A stretch of 64,000 nt of DNA, taken from assembly GCF_006345805.1 (NCBI RefSeq), contig NC_043005.1, positions 82,646,001-82,710,000 on the forward strand, in the 5' to 3' direction. Shown here in pieces: positions 40,775 to 52,490 of the stretch. The stretch comes from Octopus sinensis (taxonomy: Eukaryota). The notes under the pieces are model-generated. The model did not search any database and was not told the DNA's origin. It worked only from the letters and a program-made list of their open reading frames with translations. The position numbers and the translations under genes are program-made. Numbering within the stretch: the first letter of the stretch is position 1; every line of letters starts with the position of its first letter.

Positions 40775-41155
40775 TTCGAGACAAAACCACTATTTTGCAA
40801 AACAAACAAGGAAAGACTTAATCAATACATAAAATTTTAATAAATAGTCAAAAAAACCGCCACTACAATCGTTTCTTGTCTTGATCGACAATCTTCAGGT
40901 GGACTTCCAATAATTCAGTGTCAAATTATTGACACTGAATTATTGGAAGTCCACCTCGATCAAGACAAGAAACGATTGTAGTGGCGGTTTTTTTGACTAT
41001 TTATTAAAATTTTATGTATTGATTAAGTCTTTCCTTGTTTGTTTTGCAAAATAGTGGTTTTGTCTCGAATAATATTTTATAATATTTTACTATAAAATCG
41101 ATTTAATCCTAAATCTGATTTTTTCCCTGTAAATTTGGATTTATTCCCTAATATT

Positions 41156-41158
<3 letters not shown>
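40768..41158. mobile_element. PLE-derived insertion in (TA)n with a ~150-bp-arm fold-back palindrome
   Basis: 40768-40924 is the reverse complement of 40929-41076 (loop ATTA) except for a 9-nt deletion in the right arm; (TA)n on both sides. Confidence 0.85.
40860..40902 (-). ncRNA. Minimal type-I hammerhead ribozyme, intact core
   Basis: Minus strand CCAC-CTGAAGA-TTGTC gatcaa GACAA-GAAA-C gatt G-TA-GTGG: stem I 4 bp, CUGANGA, stem II 5 bp, GAAA, 2-bp stem III with tetraloop, UA cleavage site. Confidence 0.8.
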
Positions 41159-41199
<41 letters not shown>

Positions 41200-41471
41200 C
41201 AACAATTGAGGGTAAAATTAATTAATTAATTAATCAATTTCACCAAGTATTCAGTATGCAAAGGGACCATTTAAGGCAAATTCAAATATTACATTATATA
41301 AAAGGGCTTAGTAAAATAAATTACTTTGCCGCATACTGAACTCGTTAGAAATAGCAGCTAAAAAAACTATTTCTAACACTTAAAGAAAACCTCTCTCATA
41401 TAGTGCTTGCTCAATTCAACCCAAGAAAGTATGAGGGTAGAGACATTAAAAAATCAAATGCAAAGGTTATT

Positions 41472-41524
41472 TGAGTACGTACGTTTCAAGATTAGCCAAG
41501 TTCGACCCTTCTCTCATCAGCTCA
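41472..41524 (-). ncRNA. Type-I hammerhead ribozyme, copy 1 in segment B
   Basis: Exact reverse complement of 42018-42070. Confidence 0.7.
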
Positions 41525-42017
41525 GAATGCCCTTGTTTGAGTTTGAAAACATTGAAAATGGGAGCATACCCTTTCGGCTTGTTATCGCTTCTGAAGATCT
41601 GTTCCCAACTAACAGTGCTAGCTAACTCAAATATGCAAGAGAAAAATTTCTGTTCTCCCCTTTCCACCAGCGTGGGTTAAAATCAGCAAACACTATGCTT
41701 TTTTTCGGTAAAATCCAAGACAATTAAGTAGAGAGAGATGAATTATAATTTCAACAATTGAGGGTAAAATTAATTAATTAATTAATCAATTTCACCAAGT
41801 ATTCAGTATGCAAAGGGACCATTTAAGGCAAATTCAAATTATTACATTATATAAAAGGGCTTAGTAAAATAAATTACTTTGCCGCATACTGAAAATTTTT
41901 CTCTTGCATATTTGAGTTAGCTAGCACTGTTAGTTGGGAACAGATCTTCAGAAGCGATAACAAGCCGAAAGGGTATGCTCCCATTTTCAGTGTTTTCAAA
42001 CTCAAACAAGGGCATTC

Positions 42018-42070
42018 TGAGCTGATGAGAGAAGGGTCGAACTTGGCTAATCTTGAAACGTACGTACTCA
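42018..42070 (+). ncRNA. Type-I hammerhead ribozyme, copy 2
   Basis: TGAG-CTGATGA-[GAGA ag GGTC gaactt GGCT aa TCTT]-GAAA-C gtac G-TA-CTCA: stem I TGAG/CTCA, full core, palindromic GUAC loop on stem III. Confidence 0.7.
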
Positions 42071-42249
42071 AATAACCTTTGCATTTGATTTTTAATGTCT
42101 CTACCCTCATACTTTCTTGGGTTGAATTGAGCAAGCACTATATGAGAGAGGTTTTCTTTAAGTGTTAGAAATAGTTTTTTTAGCTGCTATTTCTAACGAG
42201 TTCAGTATGCGGCAAAGTAATTTATTTTACTAAGCCCTTTTATATAATG

Positions 42250-42301
<52 letters not shown>

Positions 42302-42969
42302 ATGTATACATATATATATGTGTGTGTATGTGAGTGTTGGATTAGTACACATGAGTGCGTGTACGTTCGTATGTACTCCACATATACATGTGATTTTATT
42401 CATATGTTCAGCCAGGGACCTCACATTGCGAATCCCGGAAAACTCTTACTGATTGTCATTGTACCTCTATAATCCGAGTGTTTATTACATTCGTAGCAAT
42501 GAAAATAAATAGGATATATATGGAGTTTGTGGAATTGTGAAACCTTCAATCACAGAGAAGGAAACTAATTGTAATTATTTTTATCGCTATTAATAAATTA
42601 TCTAAGTTTATCATGACTGGTAACAAAATCTGCGCCTCCACCATTTCATTATCATCATTACCACCATTATCCTCCTTTTCCTCCTCCTCCACGTTGTCCT
42701 CCTGCTGCTCCTCATCATCATCGTCATTGCCATCATCATTTTAAACATCATCATTACCGTCACAGTATCCTTTTTCTATGTGATTTGCTTGTCTTTTCCC
42801 TATCTCTTGACCATAATCATCTACATTGATTAATTTATTGGTTGATTGCGTTCCCATTTTTCAAACGACACGAGAAATTACATGAGAAATGTAGAACTGA
42901 AGAGTTTTCTGAGTACCAAAGTTATCTACTGTCCATTTCTCCAGCTATCAATGTAGCTAAACAGCTAGT

Positions 42970-42991
42970 TATCTGTCTATCTATCTATCTG

Positions 42992-43066
<75 letters not shown>

Positions 43067-43071
43067 GTCTG

Positions 43072-43113
<42 letters not shown>

Positions 43114-43140
43114 AATCGATCGATCGATCATCTATCTATC
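42970..43140. repeat. (TATC)n microsatellite
   Basis: Tetranucleotide array; similar (GATA)n arrays at 19390-19557, 57520-57609 and 59693-59778. Confidence 0.97.
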
Positions 43141-43154
43141 TATGATTATTATTA

Positions 43155-43355
43155 TTAGGCGATGAACTGGCAGAATCGTTAGCGCACAGGGCGAAATGCT
43201 TAGCGGCACTTCGTCCGTCTGTACATTCTGAGTTCATATTCCACCGATGTCGACTTTCCTGTCATTCTTTCGGGGGTTGATAAAACAAGTACCAGTTGAG
43301 CACAGTGATCGATTTAATCGACTTACTCCCTTACATGAAATTACTGGCCTTAAAA
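43155..43355 (+). mobile_element. SINE family A, diverged
   Basis: AGGCGATGAACTGGCAGAATCGTTAGCG...TTCTGAGTTCATATTCC. Confidence 0.85.
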
Positions 43356-43444
43356 CCATTATCATCATCGTCATCGTTATTATTTTCTGTTATCACAAGT
43401 TTTGTTGGAGCTTCTGGAGTCTTGCATACGTAGTGGGATTACTA

Positions 43445-43446
43445 CC

Positions 43447-43488
<42 letters not shown>

Positions 43489-44040
43489 TATTATTATTAT
43501 TATTGAGTGAGAGAGTAGCGCATGCCATCAAAGTGACACTATACGAAGCCCAGTATACTCGTCATGACTACCCGTCTAATAAGTGTACGCCAGGCACATG
43601 CATCACAACCAAATGTGCACGACATGGTGATCTCATATCAAGATAAACAGCGCATGGCATTGCGAGTGACCCTCAGTTAAAATTTTCTTTGGCATGAGTA
43701 GTCCATCCAGCTCAAATTCTCCTTAAATAAGGGTTGCTTAAGGATGTTGAACGAACACCCATTTTTCTAGAGGTGAATTATTCAAACTCCAAAGAATCCC
43801 TCTCAACACATGGCTATGATGCTCCCCCACTACTTCTGCTCGTGATCAGAGATGCACATATCGTCAGCCTCTAAGTGACATGCACAACTGGTTAAGGCCA
43901 AACAACTGACAATCAAATCTGTGGTATTGAGCAGAATATTTGCTATAGCCTATTTTTTATACCAAAACGATATATATATATGATAACAATTCCAATCGGT
44001 TAAGATTAGAAGTCATGAGAGTCAATGCCTGGTACTACAT
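43445..44040 (-). mobile_element. Non-coding retroposon with (TAA)n 3' tail; family not assigned
   Basis: About 540 bp of GC-richer sequence abutting a (TTA)n array at 43445-43503, as expected for a minus-strand non-LTR tail. It resembles an abundant octopus repeat from memory; not verified. Confidence 0.5.
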
Positions 44041-44519
44041 CATCATCATCATCATCATCATTATTATTATTATTATAATTAGAATGTATTTCTTTGTCGA
44101 TGACTGGGAAAGCAATTGCAAATGACTACTGCTAAGATAATCTAATTGAAATCATCCCCAGAATTCCAAATAAAACATAGGCTGAAATATATTCCCAACA
44201 AATTCCCTGGGGCCACGGGGAAACAGTGCTTATCACTATAATTATGATACGCACTCGTTAATTTAAAATGTAGTTAAAACTTTGCTTGCTCTGAGTTTTT
44301 TCGTCAAAATGCTAATCGAAGGATCATTGAAAATGCTTAAGCCTCGGAATGGGTGTCTAGCAGTGACACTCCCGGTTCTACGTTCTGGGAGTAACACTTG
44401 AGATGACGCAAGTGTGAGGCTGTATCGATCTTCGTCTGGTTTTTTGCTTAGACAGCACCGATTGCGATGAGAGAATTGCGTGTAACAGCTAGTTCAAACC
44501 TGTGTATACAAAAGTAAAT

Positions 44520-44911
44520 ATATATATATATATATATATATATAATTCTGAAGTTGTCTGTGTATGGCAGGTTTCGTAGCCTTCAACTAACACTATCTCC
44601 TCCGAGACCCTGCAGCGCAAGTTGACCAAAATTGAGAGTATGATAGAAGAAGGTTAGCTCTTCCTTCCATAGAAGAAAAAAATTAAATCAGACCATGTTA
44701 ACACCAAAAAGCATTTACATCATAAATGTGCTTTCTTCTATGAAAATCCCTATTTTTTACGATTTTTGGACTGCTGTGTCACCATTTTTCGGTGTATTTC
44801 AACCACAAAAATGTTCACTTAAAGAGAATAACATGCAAAATTTAAACTTATCAAAAATTCCAATTCTAAAGGGTCGAAACAAACCCGAGCAACACCGGGC
44901 GATACTGCTAG
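44520..44911 (+). mobile_element. Non-autonomous Helitron
   Basis: 3' hairpin CCCG-AGCAACAC-CGGG (44884-44899), then CTAG (44908-44911) followed by T. The 5' end is TATATA..TTCTGAAGTTGTCTGTG, buried in (TA)n. Confidence 0.8.
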
Positions 44912-47560
44912 TATAAATATATATATATATATGCACACGTATCAAAACAACAGAACCAGTTCAGAAATTTATATGTGATCCAAATTGCTCATAATCAAAG
45001 ACATTCCAAATCAACTGGTCTTTGTTTTTCAGGTATATGCAATAACTCTGAGCAGAATCTTAAATTCCTTCCCTTTTTTTGGGACACTATTAGTGATTGG
45101 TCAAATATTTCTAGCAGTTTTGTTGCCTGGAATGAATCAACTGAACTCAAGCAACTTAAATTAGAGTTAACTCAAATTTCCTAATGTCAGTGAATATATT
45201 TGAACATTGATGTTAAACCAGGTGCTGTATCACATCCAGCAGCTGTAAATTTAATTTAGCGATATATATATTCTATACTAGCCTGAGCATTTAATTCTCA
45301 GTTCATAACTAATTACTAGTAGACATTCCTCCATAGTTATTCAAGTTGCTATAAATAACAGATCGAGGATGACATGTATGCGGGCAAGTGGTTGAAGTGA
45401 CATTCTATAGTTAGTCTATAATATATTTATGCAGTAACGCCTTCTAAGATAAAGCGAATTGTAACATTTGTGGCTTCACATGAAAATCCTGAAATGTCGG
45501 CAAAATCTAGAGTTGTAATAAGTTAGCTTGTCTATGTAGAGCAGCATTTACATGATTTGTATATTATATTGCTAGCAAGAATCAGCAGAAACTTTGAAAC
45601 GTAGAAGATATAGAAACATGGAGGTTTTATCAATGCGTGTTGTCATAAACTGATGAATGTTCAAATAAAATGCTTTTCTTCCATGATATATTCACACTTT
45701 CTCGTGGCATGGAAGTTAATCTCAGCACTGCTAACTAACGAAGTACTTCGGTTTTGTAATTCCATTAAATATAATGCTTTTACAGAAAGACTTGATAAAG
45801 TTGTCGACGCAATGTATATTGGTATTTATTTACGTTACTTTACCATTTTTTAAACTTCAAACCCTACCAAAGATGATTTTGACTTTTATCCTCCTCCGGA
45901 TTACTAAATAAAGACAGAACAACTGCGAGGAATAAGTTAGGTTTCCAACATGTCATGCCTCGTTGGTACGGGGTAAAATTTATGATAGCATAATCGGTAT
46001 GCAGTCCGCCGATACTCATGAATTTATGTCGTTGGTAGAAATCAATATTAAGGTCTGACTAGTTGCATACAGCAGAGGTAACCATGGTTGGGACCACGAG
46101 TAACCAATTGCCGTTAGGTTATTGAACCGTCTGACAGCTGATAATCATAACATGTGTTTAAATTCATATATCCAGGCGACTGTAAATAATACAACCCCGT
46201 CGATATAAAACTGAGTAATGTTGGTTTCTGTTTTTTATTTAGGCCCCAGAAGAATATGAAGTTAGAACTAAAATCTAAAGGGAAACACAATTTGATATTT
46301 CTAATGTTACTGTAGTGGCGAGATCGTCCGTCTCTGAGGTATACATTTCCCATTAAAAAGCCGTAGCAATTTTAGGTGTCTTTTTTAACCACGGACCTGT
46401 TTATAATGCATGTGTATGGGCATGCTTATACTTATTCCCACATAATCTTGATACATATGACTAATGACCCTTTAATTGTTCCAGTATCACAATACGACCT
46501 CTAGTGTCTGCTCTACGTTTGTCGAGACGGTATAGATTTATATTTAAATTTAAAGAAAAGCAAAGTACCGAATGCGGAATGTAAGTAAGAGACAGCTTAC
46601 CAATTTATGAGTGGAAGAAAATTATGTGAGATGTAAATAAGATGGGTTAGTATGGAGAATAAAGAACTAGCGGCTTATTGATTATTTGACAGGTATGGGG
46701 GTGGAGTGTACGTGTGTGTGTGTGTGTATATCTGCGTGTTTACGTCATATTGACTTACGATGCCATGCTTTCGTACCGCTTTTGATGTTTCACTGCAATG
46801 CAGCATTGAATTTGTAATGTAATGCTTCAGACAGAAAATAAATAACAAATATAAGACGAAGTAAAAATGAAAAAGAAGATATTAAAAAAAAGTTAACAAG
46901 TCACTATTCTGGAACAAAGATACGAAGCAGGAATAGAGGAGAAAAATATCTTGTGAACTTTAAACAAGAAATCTGATTTGAGCTATGTGTAAAATTCATT
47001 GTACAACTTAACTATTTACAAATTTTCTTATTTCGTTTTATATTTCAAAGTTACGGTCGTAGAATCACGGAATTCCGGAAAGCACAGGTTCATTGCTTTA
47101 TTCCGGTTTATGCAATGCACTAAGCGATTTGGAGAAGCAAAAAGCTGTTACTCGATATGATGAGAGTCTATCAGTGAGACGTGCTGAAGACGATGAGTAA
47201 AGGGAGGCTCACCATATTCGATAGCGACGTTACCGGGTCGTCTGAGTACCGATAACAAACCCCAGTATTCTAACTGAATAGCACGGCTGCTGCACCCGAT
47301 AGAGGCTCTTAATCAAAGGCTAAAACTGACTAATTTTTAAGCTCTTAAGTCAAAGGAACACTCGTAGGTGCTTCCTTGCTGTCTCTTCTTAACACGAGAA
47401 GCTAGAGCATTCCGTTGTATCAATGGAAAAAAGTCACACAAGTCTCGCGGTCTTAGATAAAAACACGACCTACGATGCCACAGACTAGTCTTTGATGACA
47501 TTTACTTTGAATCCGTTCTAATTTTGATTACTATAAAGGACACATACACACACACACACG

Positions 47561-47651
<91 letters not shown>

Positions 47652-47799
47652 GACCTGGAGTAGCAAGGTCAAACCACTGCTAAGGACATAAATAGGAACG
47701 AAAAGACCCTAACAAATGCAGCTGATCGAACAATTAATTAAAAAAATATCGATTAATTAATTGCTTAAATGGTTAACTAGTTGACTAATAAGAATTCTT

Positions 47800-48013
47800 T
47801 CCAGTTTGGGCCCAAGGCCAGCAGATTTGTGGGGGCAAGCTGAAGTCGATTACACTGGCCACAATGCTCAAACGGCAATCATTTTATCGATTCTTAAAGG
47901 ATGATAGGCAATATTGATCTTGGCTGTATTTGAATTCAGAACATGAAGACCTCGAAGAAACTCCATTCAGCATTTTGTCTGACACGGTAACGATTCTGCC
48001 AGGTCGCTCCCCT
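47800..48013 (-). mobile_element. SINE family A, old
   Basis: ATTTGAATTCAGAAC...GCATTTTGTCTGACACGGTAACGATTCTGCCAGGTCGC. Confidence 0.75.
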
Positions 48014-48778
48014 ATATGAATGTTAATAATAAACAAGTGAAATAGAACTTGATCGTGTTTCCTGTTTGTATAATGATCTTACCAAGATCCAAAATATTTA
48101 TAAACACTTTACCGTCTTTACATGTTAAAGAGTCATGTTAAAGGTAGTCTTAATTTTGAAGATCAAGATAATATTGTTTATCATTTGCATCAAGAAAGAC
48201 CCAAAGATATTAACACTAACTGGTAGTACCATGACCAACATTTGGAAAAGGCCACACATGACAAAATTTCATCCTACGCCCCAGAAACAAGATACATGTT
48301 GTTAACATGAATATATAGAAATATTGTAAACATTCTAGTTGAAAAGTTATAGAATTTAGTTTATATTCATTCAAATGATTTCCTTGAAATAATTAATATC
48401 CTATTAACATACAAGCAATGATCTCTAACCTCGCTATGTTAGATATTTGTCTATAATTAATGAACATTGAAACGAAGAAAGAGACAAATGTGGTAGATTG
48501 AATAATGCTTTTACTGTTTAGCTCACAATCTACGTTGATCCAACTGGCATAAAGACAGGTGCAAGATAATTGCGATTTACGCCGGCTTTTCCTCTAAAAT
48601 ATTTACACCAGACTACACTATTTAATATATTCTTACATATATGAGGAATATTTCGTTGCTACGTCTGCCTGATATAACGAACTCGAATACACACACACAC
48701 TACACACACGCACACACACACACAATGTACACATACACACTACACACACGCACAAAAGCACACAATACATACATTATA

Positions 48779-49072
48779 CACGCTGCGGGGGGTATTTGAA
48801 ATCTGTTAATTATTAGTATATTGCACTCTTCAAAGCAATTAAAATGTTTTTATCCCTTTCAAATCGCCCTTGACAGATGAAATACTAACATAAGAAATGT
48901 CCGAAATGTCTGAGCTTAAGGCTGTCATCGAAGCTGAAGGCGGATTCATGGAGTAATCTTTTAAGATCGAAAACATCTGCGCAAAATTTTATTTAAATGC
49001 ATTTGGGTTCTACTAGATTAGAGTTGTTTTATTAAATTACCAAACATGTCCTCAAATACATTTCGTACCCTG
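48779..49072 (+). mobile_element. Decayed mariner-derived short element
   Basis: LKAVIEAEGGFME* (mariner C-terminus) at about 48915-48955, followed by ...TTTCGTACCCTG resembling a TIR. Confidence 0.45.
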
Positions 49073-49652
49073 TGCATATACACACACATACATAAATGCA
49101 TATGTGTGCGTGTGTGTGTGTGTGTTGTGTGTGTGTGTGTGTGCGTATATATGTATTTACTGACTGACTGACATCGAAATCAATTACAAGCCTATGTGAT
49201 TGACAAGGAGACTACAGGCACATCGAGCCATTCTACAGAGAAGATGAAAGGCATACGAAAAATGAAATCATTCATAAGAGAAACTGAAAATTCACACGTA
49301 GTAAGGGATTGTATTCTGTTTTATCTCCCGATTTACAGACCTGGCCAAGTAATATAAGTAAATATAATATTTTATGTATTTATTTTACGGGTTTGTTTTC
49401 CATTGATGCATATCTTAGTGGATTATTGTGAATTTTCAAGCAAAAATGAATGGTTCATAGTTTGTTTTTTTTTCTTTTTTTCGAAATTCATATAATATAC
49501 GCAGCATAATGTATCTTGTATGAAATAAGGAATAACAAATTCGAATCTATTCTTCGTGTATGTTAATATGAAACGATTATAAAACAAGTGTTTGCCAAAA
49601 TGCATGCGAATAGATTACTTGGAATATCCGAAACATTTATTTCTTTCCCTAC

Positions 49653-49766
49653 TAATGATAATTGTCGCAAAAGTTCCAGTTGATGTCTATAATAGTCTTT
49701 CCTTAATTTACTGGCTCCAACATTTGGACTACGACTACCTCGGCGCAGTGCCATGAAAGAGAATGT
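49653..49766 (-). CDS. Candidate coding exon, unidentified: TFSF-MALRRGSRSPNVGASKLRKDYYRHQLELLRQLSL
   Basis: Minus strand: pyrimidine tract TTTCTCTTTGCTCTTTTAC..TCTATAG acceptor; 114 nt open in phase 0; GTAGGG donor (alternative GTAATC ending the exon at 49619). Non-repetitive. No family recognised. Confidence 0.3.
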
Positions 49767-51375
49767 CTATAGATACCGAATGTAAAAGAGCAAAGAGAAA
49801 CTCAGTGTGTTTTGAATTCCGAATCAGTGAAACGAAATAAAATATTATAAAGTATTTAGTCCGCCATTATACCGTTTTTGCCACATCACTAAGTTCCATG
49901 GGTTAAAAATATTGATTTATTTCTGAAGCGCAGGCCAACAAATCAATAGTTGCAAGGAAATGTGATGTTGTATCCAGGTTCAGGTCGAATATCCGAATCT
50001 TAATTTCTGGCTATTTAGCTAATTCAATAAGCCGAACTTCCACACCAGTAATTCGTGCAATGATGTGTAACGTGTCAGCATATCAACCAGTATCTCAATA
50101 GGCAATTTTTATTATAGCAAACAGGCTACCTAATATCCCAGAAGAGAAAAAAATCTTCATCCATGAAAACTCTTTGCTGTAATGGTTGCAAATTTATTAC
50201 AAGAAGAATATTCTTAAAACTGCATGTATTGTGTTAGTGGATAAAAATAATAATCCATTTGACCGTAATTATTGTAATAGTTTATAAATAATTTATGAAG
50301 TGGATCATTCGATAACATATCTACCACGTTCCTATTTTCCCGTTATTAAATGCATTATTTTAATTCATTTATATTTCGTTCATTTATTTATTCATTCATT
50401 CATTTACATTTTGTTTTCACAACCAAATTCTGATTTATTCTTATTTAGCACATGGTTTAATATTAAGTGAATATATATGAAGTGAGTCAGCTGAATTAAC
50501 CCCAATTAATATCCAATACTTTGAGTTACTCCTTTGCACTGACAGGCTAACTGGTCAGGCTCGGTATTATTCGAACTTATTACTTAGAAGGAGGAAATGC
50601 ATCTAATCCAAGAGAGAGACCAAATTTATAGCGTCCATTCTTCGGTCTTGCTGAAATCAATGCCAACTCTGAACACTAAATTAAACGTGGAAGCAATCAG
50701 TAAGAAAAGGACGTTGGTGGAGCAGAAACTGCAGCATCAGATTAAATGCATTATTGTAATTAGCTGAGCTTGCATTATGCTTTCAAATAATGCAAACGTC
50801 TATGGAAGCTTCGTTGCTCCAGGTTAATAAAATAGCTACTAGACTTATAGCTGATTGATTCTATTGATTTTACATCATCCTTATAATTTGTAATCTTGTT
50901 CGAATGTCAAAAATTGATTTCAATCTCTGAGACAAGAGGATTTAAATGTCTTTATCTTTTTTTAATGCTTGCTTACGAGTCTATTTTCTGAATCAGTTAC
51001 GAATCCTTTGTAAAAGCAGTTCATGATTTGAGGGATGATAATAAGTTATCACGTAAAATCTTGGCTTGGTTTACAGAATCCATAAGATTATATTTCGGCT
51101 ATATTATAAGACAATGTATTCCAATACATAATGCAACAAGATATTAGGTGAAGGTGACCATTAGTATATGTATTATATATATAGTAACAATTCATAGCTG
51201 GACATATGCTGCTTGCAGTTCATAAGTCATGGAAGGAGGCCAATTTTCATTTCGGGAAATTTACTGACTAAATACATATCATGCAATGAACGCAACCACT
51301 ACACCACTCTTTCAAAGAATACCATAAATTTCATTCATAAGGTGAAATATTCACAGCTTATCGAAGGCGGCTTAC

Positions 51376-51500
51376 CCGTGATAGTTGGACGGCTTCCTTG
51401 CCTGTACATACCCGCCAATCGTTGGATTGGTTGCTCTTGGCGGTGGTCGAATGATTAGCTGTGGTCAGTGGCGCCGAGCGAACATTCGTATTCAGCAAGG
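51376..51500 (-). promoter_or_regulatory. CpG-rich segment: candidate promoter / first exon
   Basis: Locally GC- and CpG-rich unique sequence. CCAAT motifs in both orientations next to a GC box (CCCGCCAATCGTTGGATTGGTT). Two minus-strand donors 36 nt apart (CGG|GTATGT at 51412, CGG|GTAAGC at 51376). Confidence 0.3.
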
Positions 51501-52449
51501 AAAGATAATGAAATGTGTCTCCTACATTTCCCTAAAGATTCTCTTAATTCAAATACTTGAGTTAATACTTCATTTAATGAACTCGAAAGACTGAATTATA
51601 AGATTGAACTTAGTGGATTTTGAAATGAGAATAGAGTTGGCGAAAACGAATAAAGTAGAGTATATTACCAACGATCGAATGCATCTTCCAAATCGCTACA
51701 ATATTTTCAAAATCTACTCTATTTAAGGGATTTTGAAATAGTAAATCCTTATATCTGAAGATATTATATAGATCACAACTTCGTATAAATTACGATAATA
51801 ACGCATTAATAAAATGATATAATTCGGATTGAGAACCAGTGTAATTTTCCCACCTAACTACGAGTTTCGTAATCTCATACACCCACGATATCAACAGGCA
51901 TGTTCAGTACGTTTATAGATTTATGTCTTGAAATAAGATCTCAGTACTTCAAAATGATAGTAAACTTAATAATAGAATGCCATATTTTGGCTCTTATAAT
52001 TAAAGAGACTAGATATTGATGAGGCTATTTTGTCTACAACATAAAGCAAGTTCATTTTTGTCCGGCCTTAGTGAAGTAAGTCCATAATATTGTGTAGATT
52101 CCATCTTTTTTTACATGCTACTTAGAGTAGAAGGCTAATGTTTACATGACTCTACATGTTCCCATGAGATATCTAGTATTGTTTCTGCTAAACTAACGTC
52201 CTTCGCTTACTCATTGGTTTCAAATTAAATTTAGTGTTTAGTGTTGGAGTCGATTTCAGTAAGACCGATAAATGAGGGATACTATTTTGCTCTGTATCCT
52301 AGATTAAATGTCTTTCAACTTTCAATTTGATTGGCTTAAATAATAATAAAAGTTAACTTTTGGAGAGTAATGACTAAAATAAAACGATATCGAAAATTAT
52401 ATAAAGAAGGTCTCACGTTGATTCTCTGCATTTGGCTAAAAGCGCGCGC

Positions 52450-52490
<41 letters not shown>

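Larger units (their letters stand above)
41197..42255 (-). mobile_element. Retrozyme-like / PLE pseudo-LTR insertion: 552-bp monomer with terminal redundancy plus an inverted segment
   Basis: Plus-strand layout (TA)n-A(41197-41340)-B(41341-41650)-C(41651-41748)-A(41749-41893)-revcomp B(41894-42203)-partial revcomp A(to 42255)-(TA)n. Copies differ only at a few single positions. Confidence 0.85.

Noticed and set aside
41407-41680. ORFs duplicated at 41874-42138, with weak resemblance to PLE FTxExEENGxIPF
   Set aside because: Antisense to the ribozyme strand, differ by a frameshift between copies, and the similarity is too short
20668-45180. Plus-strand hydrophobic exon candidates (GILFATAALFTILIE at 20.67 kb, VYAITLSRILNSFPFFGTLL at 45.03 kb, others at 3.9, 29.06 and 30.36 kb)
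   Set aside because: The CAG|GT junctions can be read as donor or acceptor, the matching sites are weak, and no family is recognisable; expected by chance
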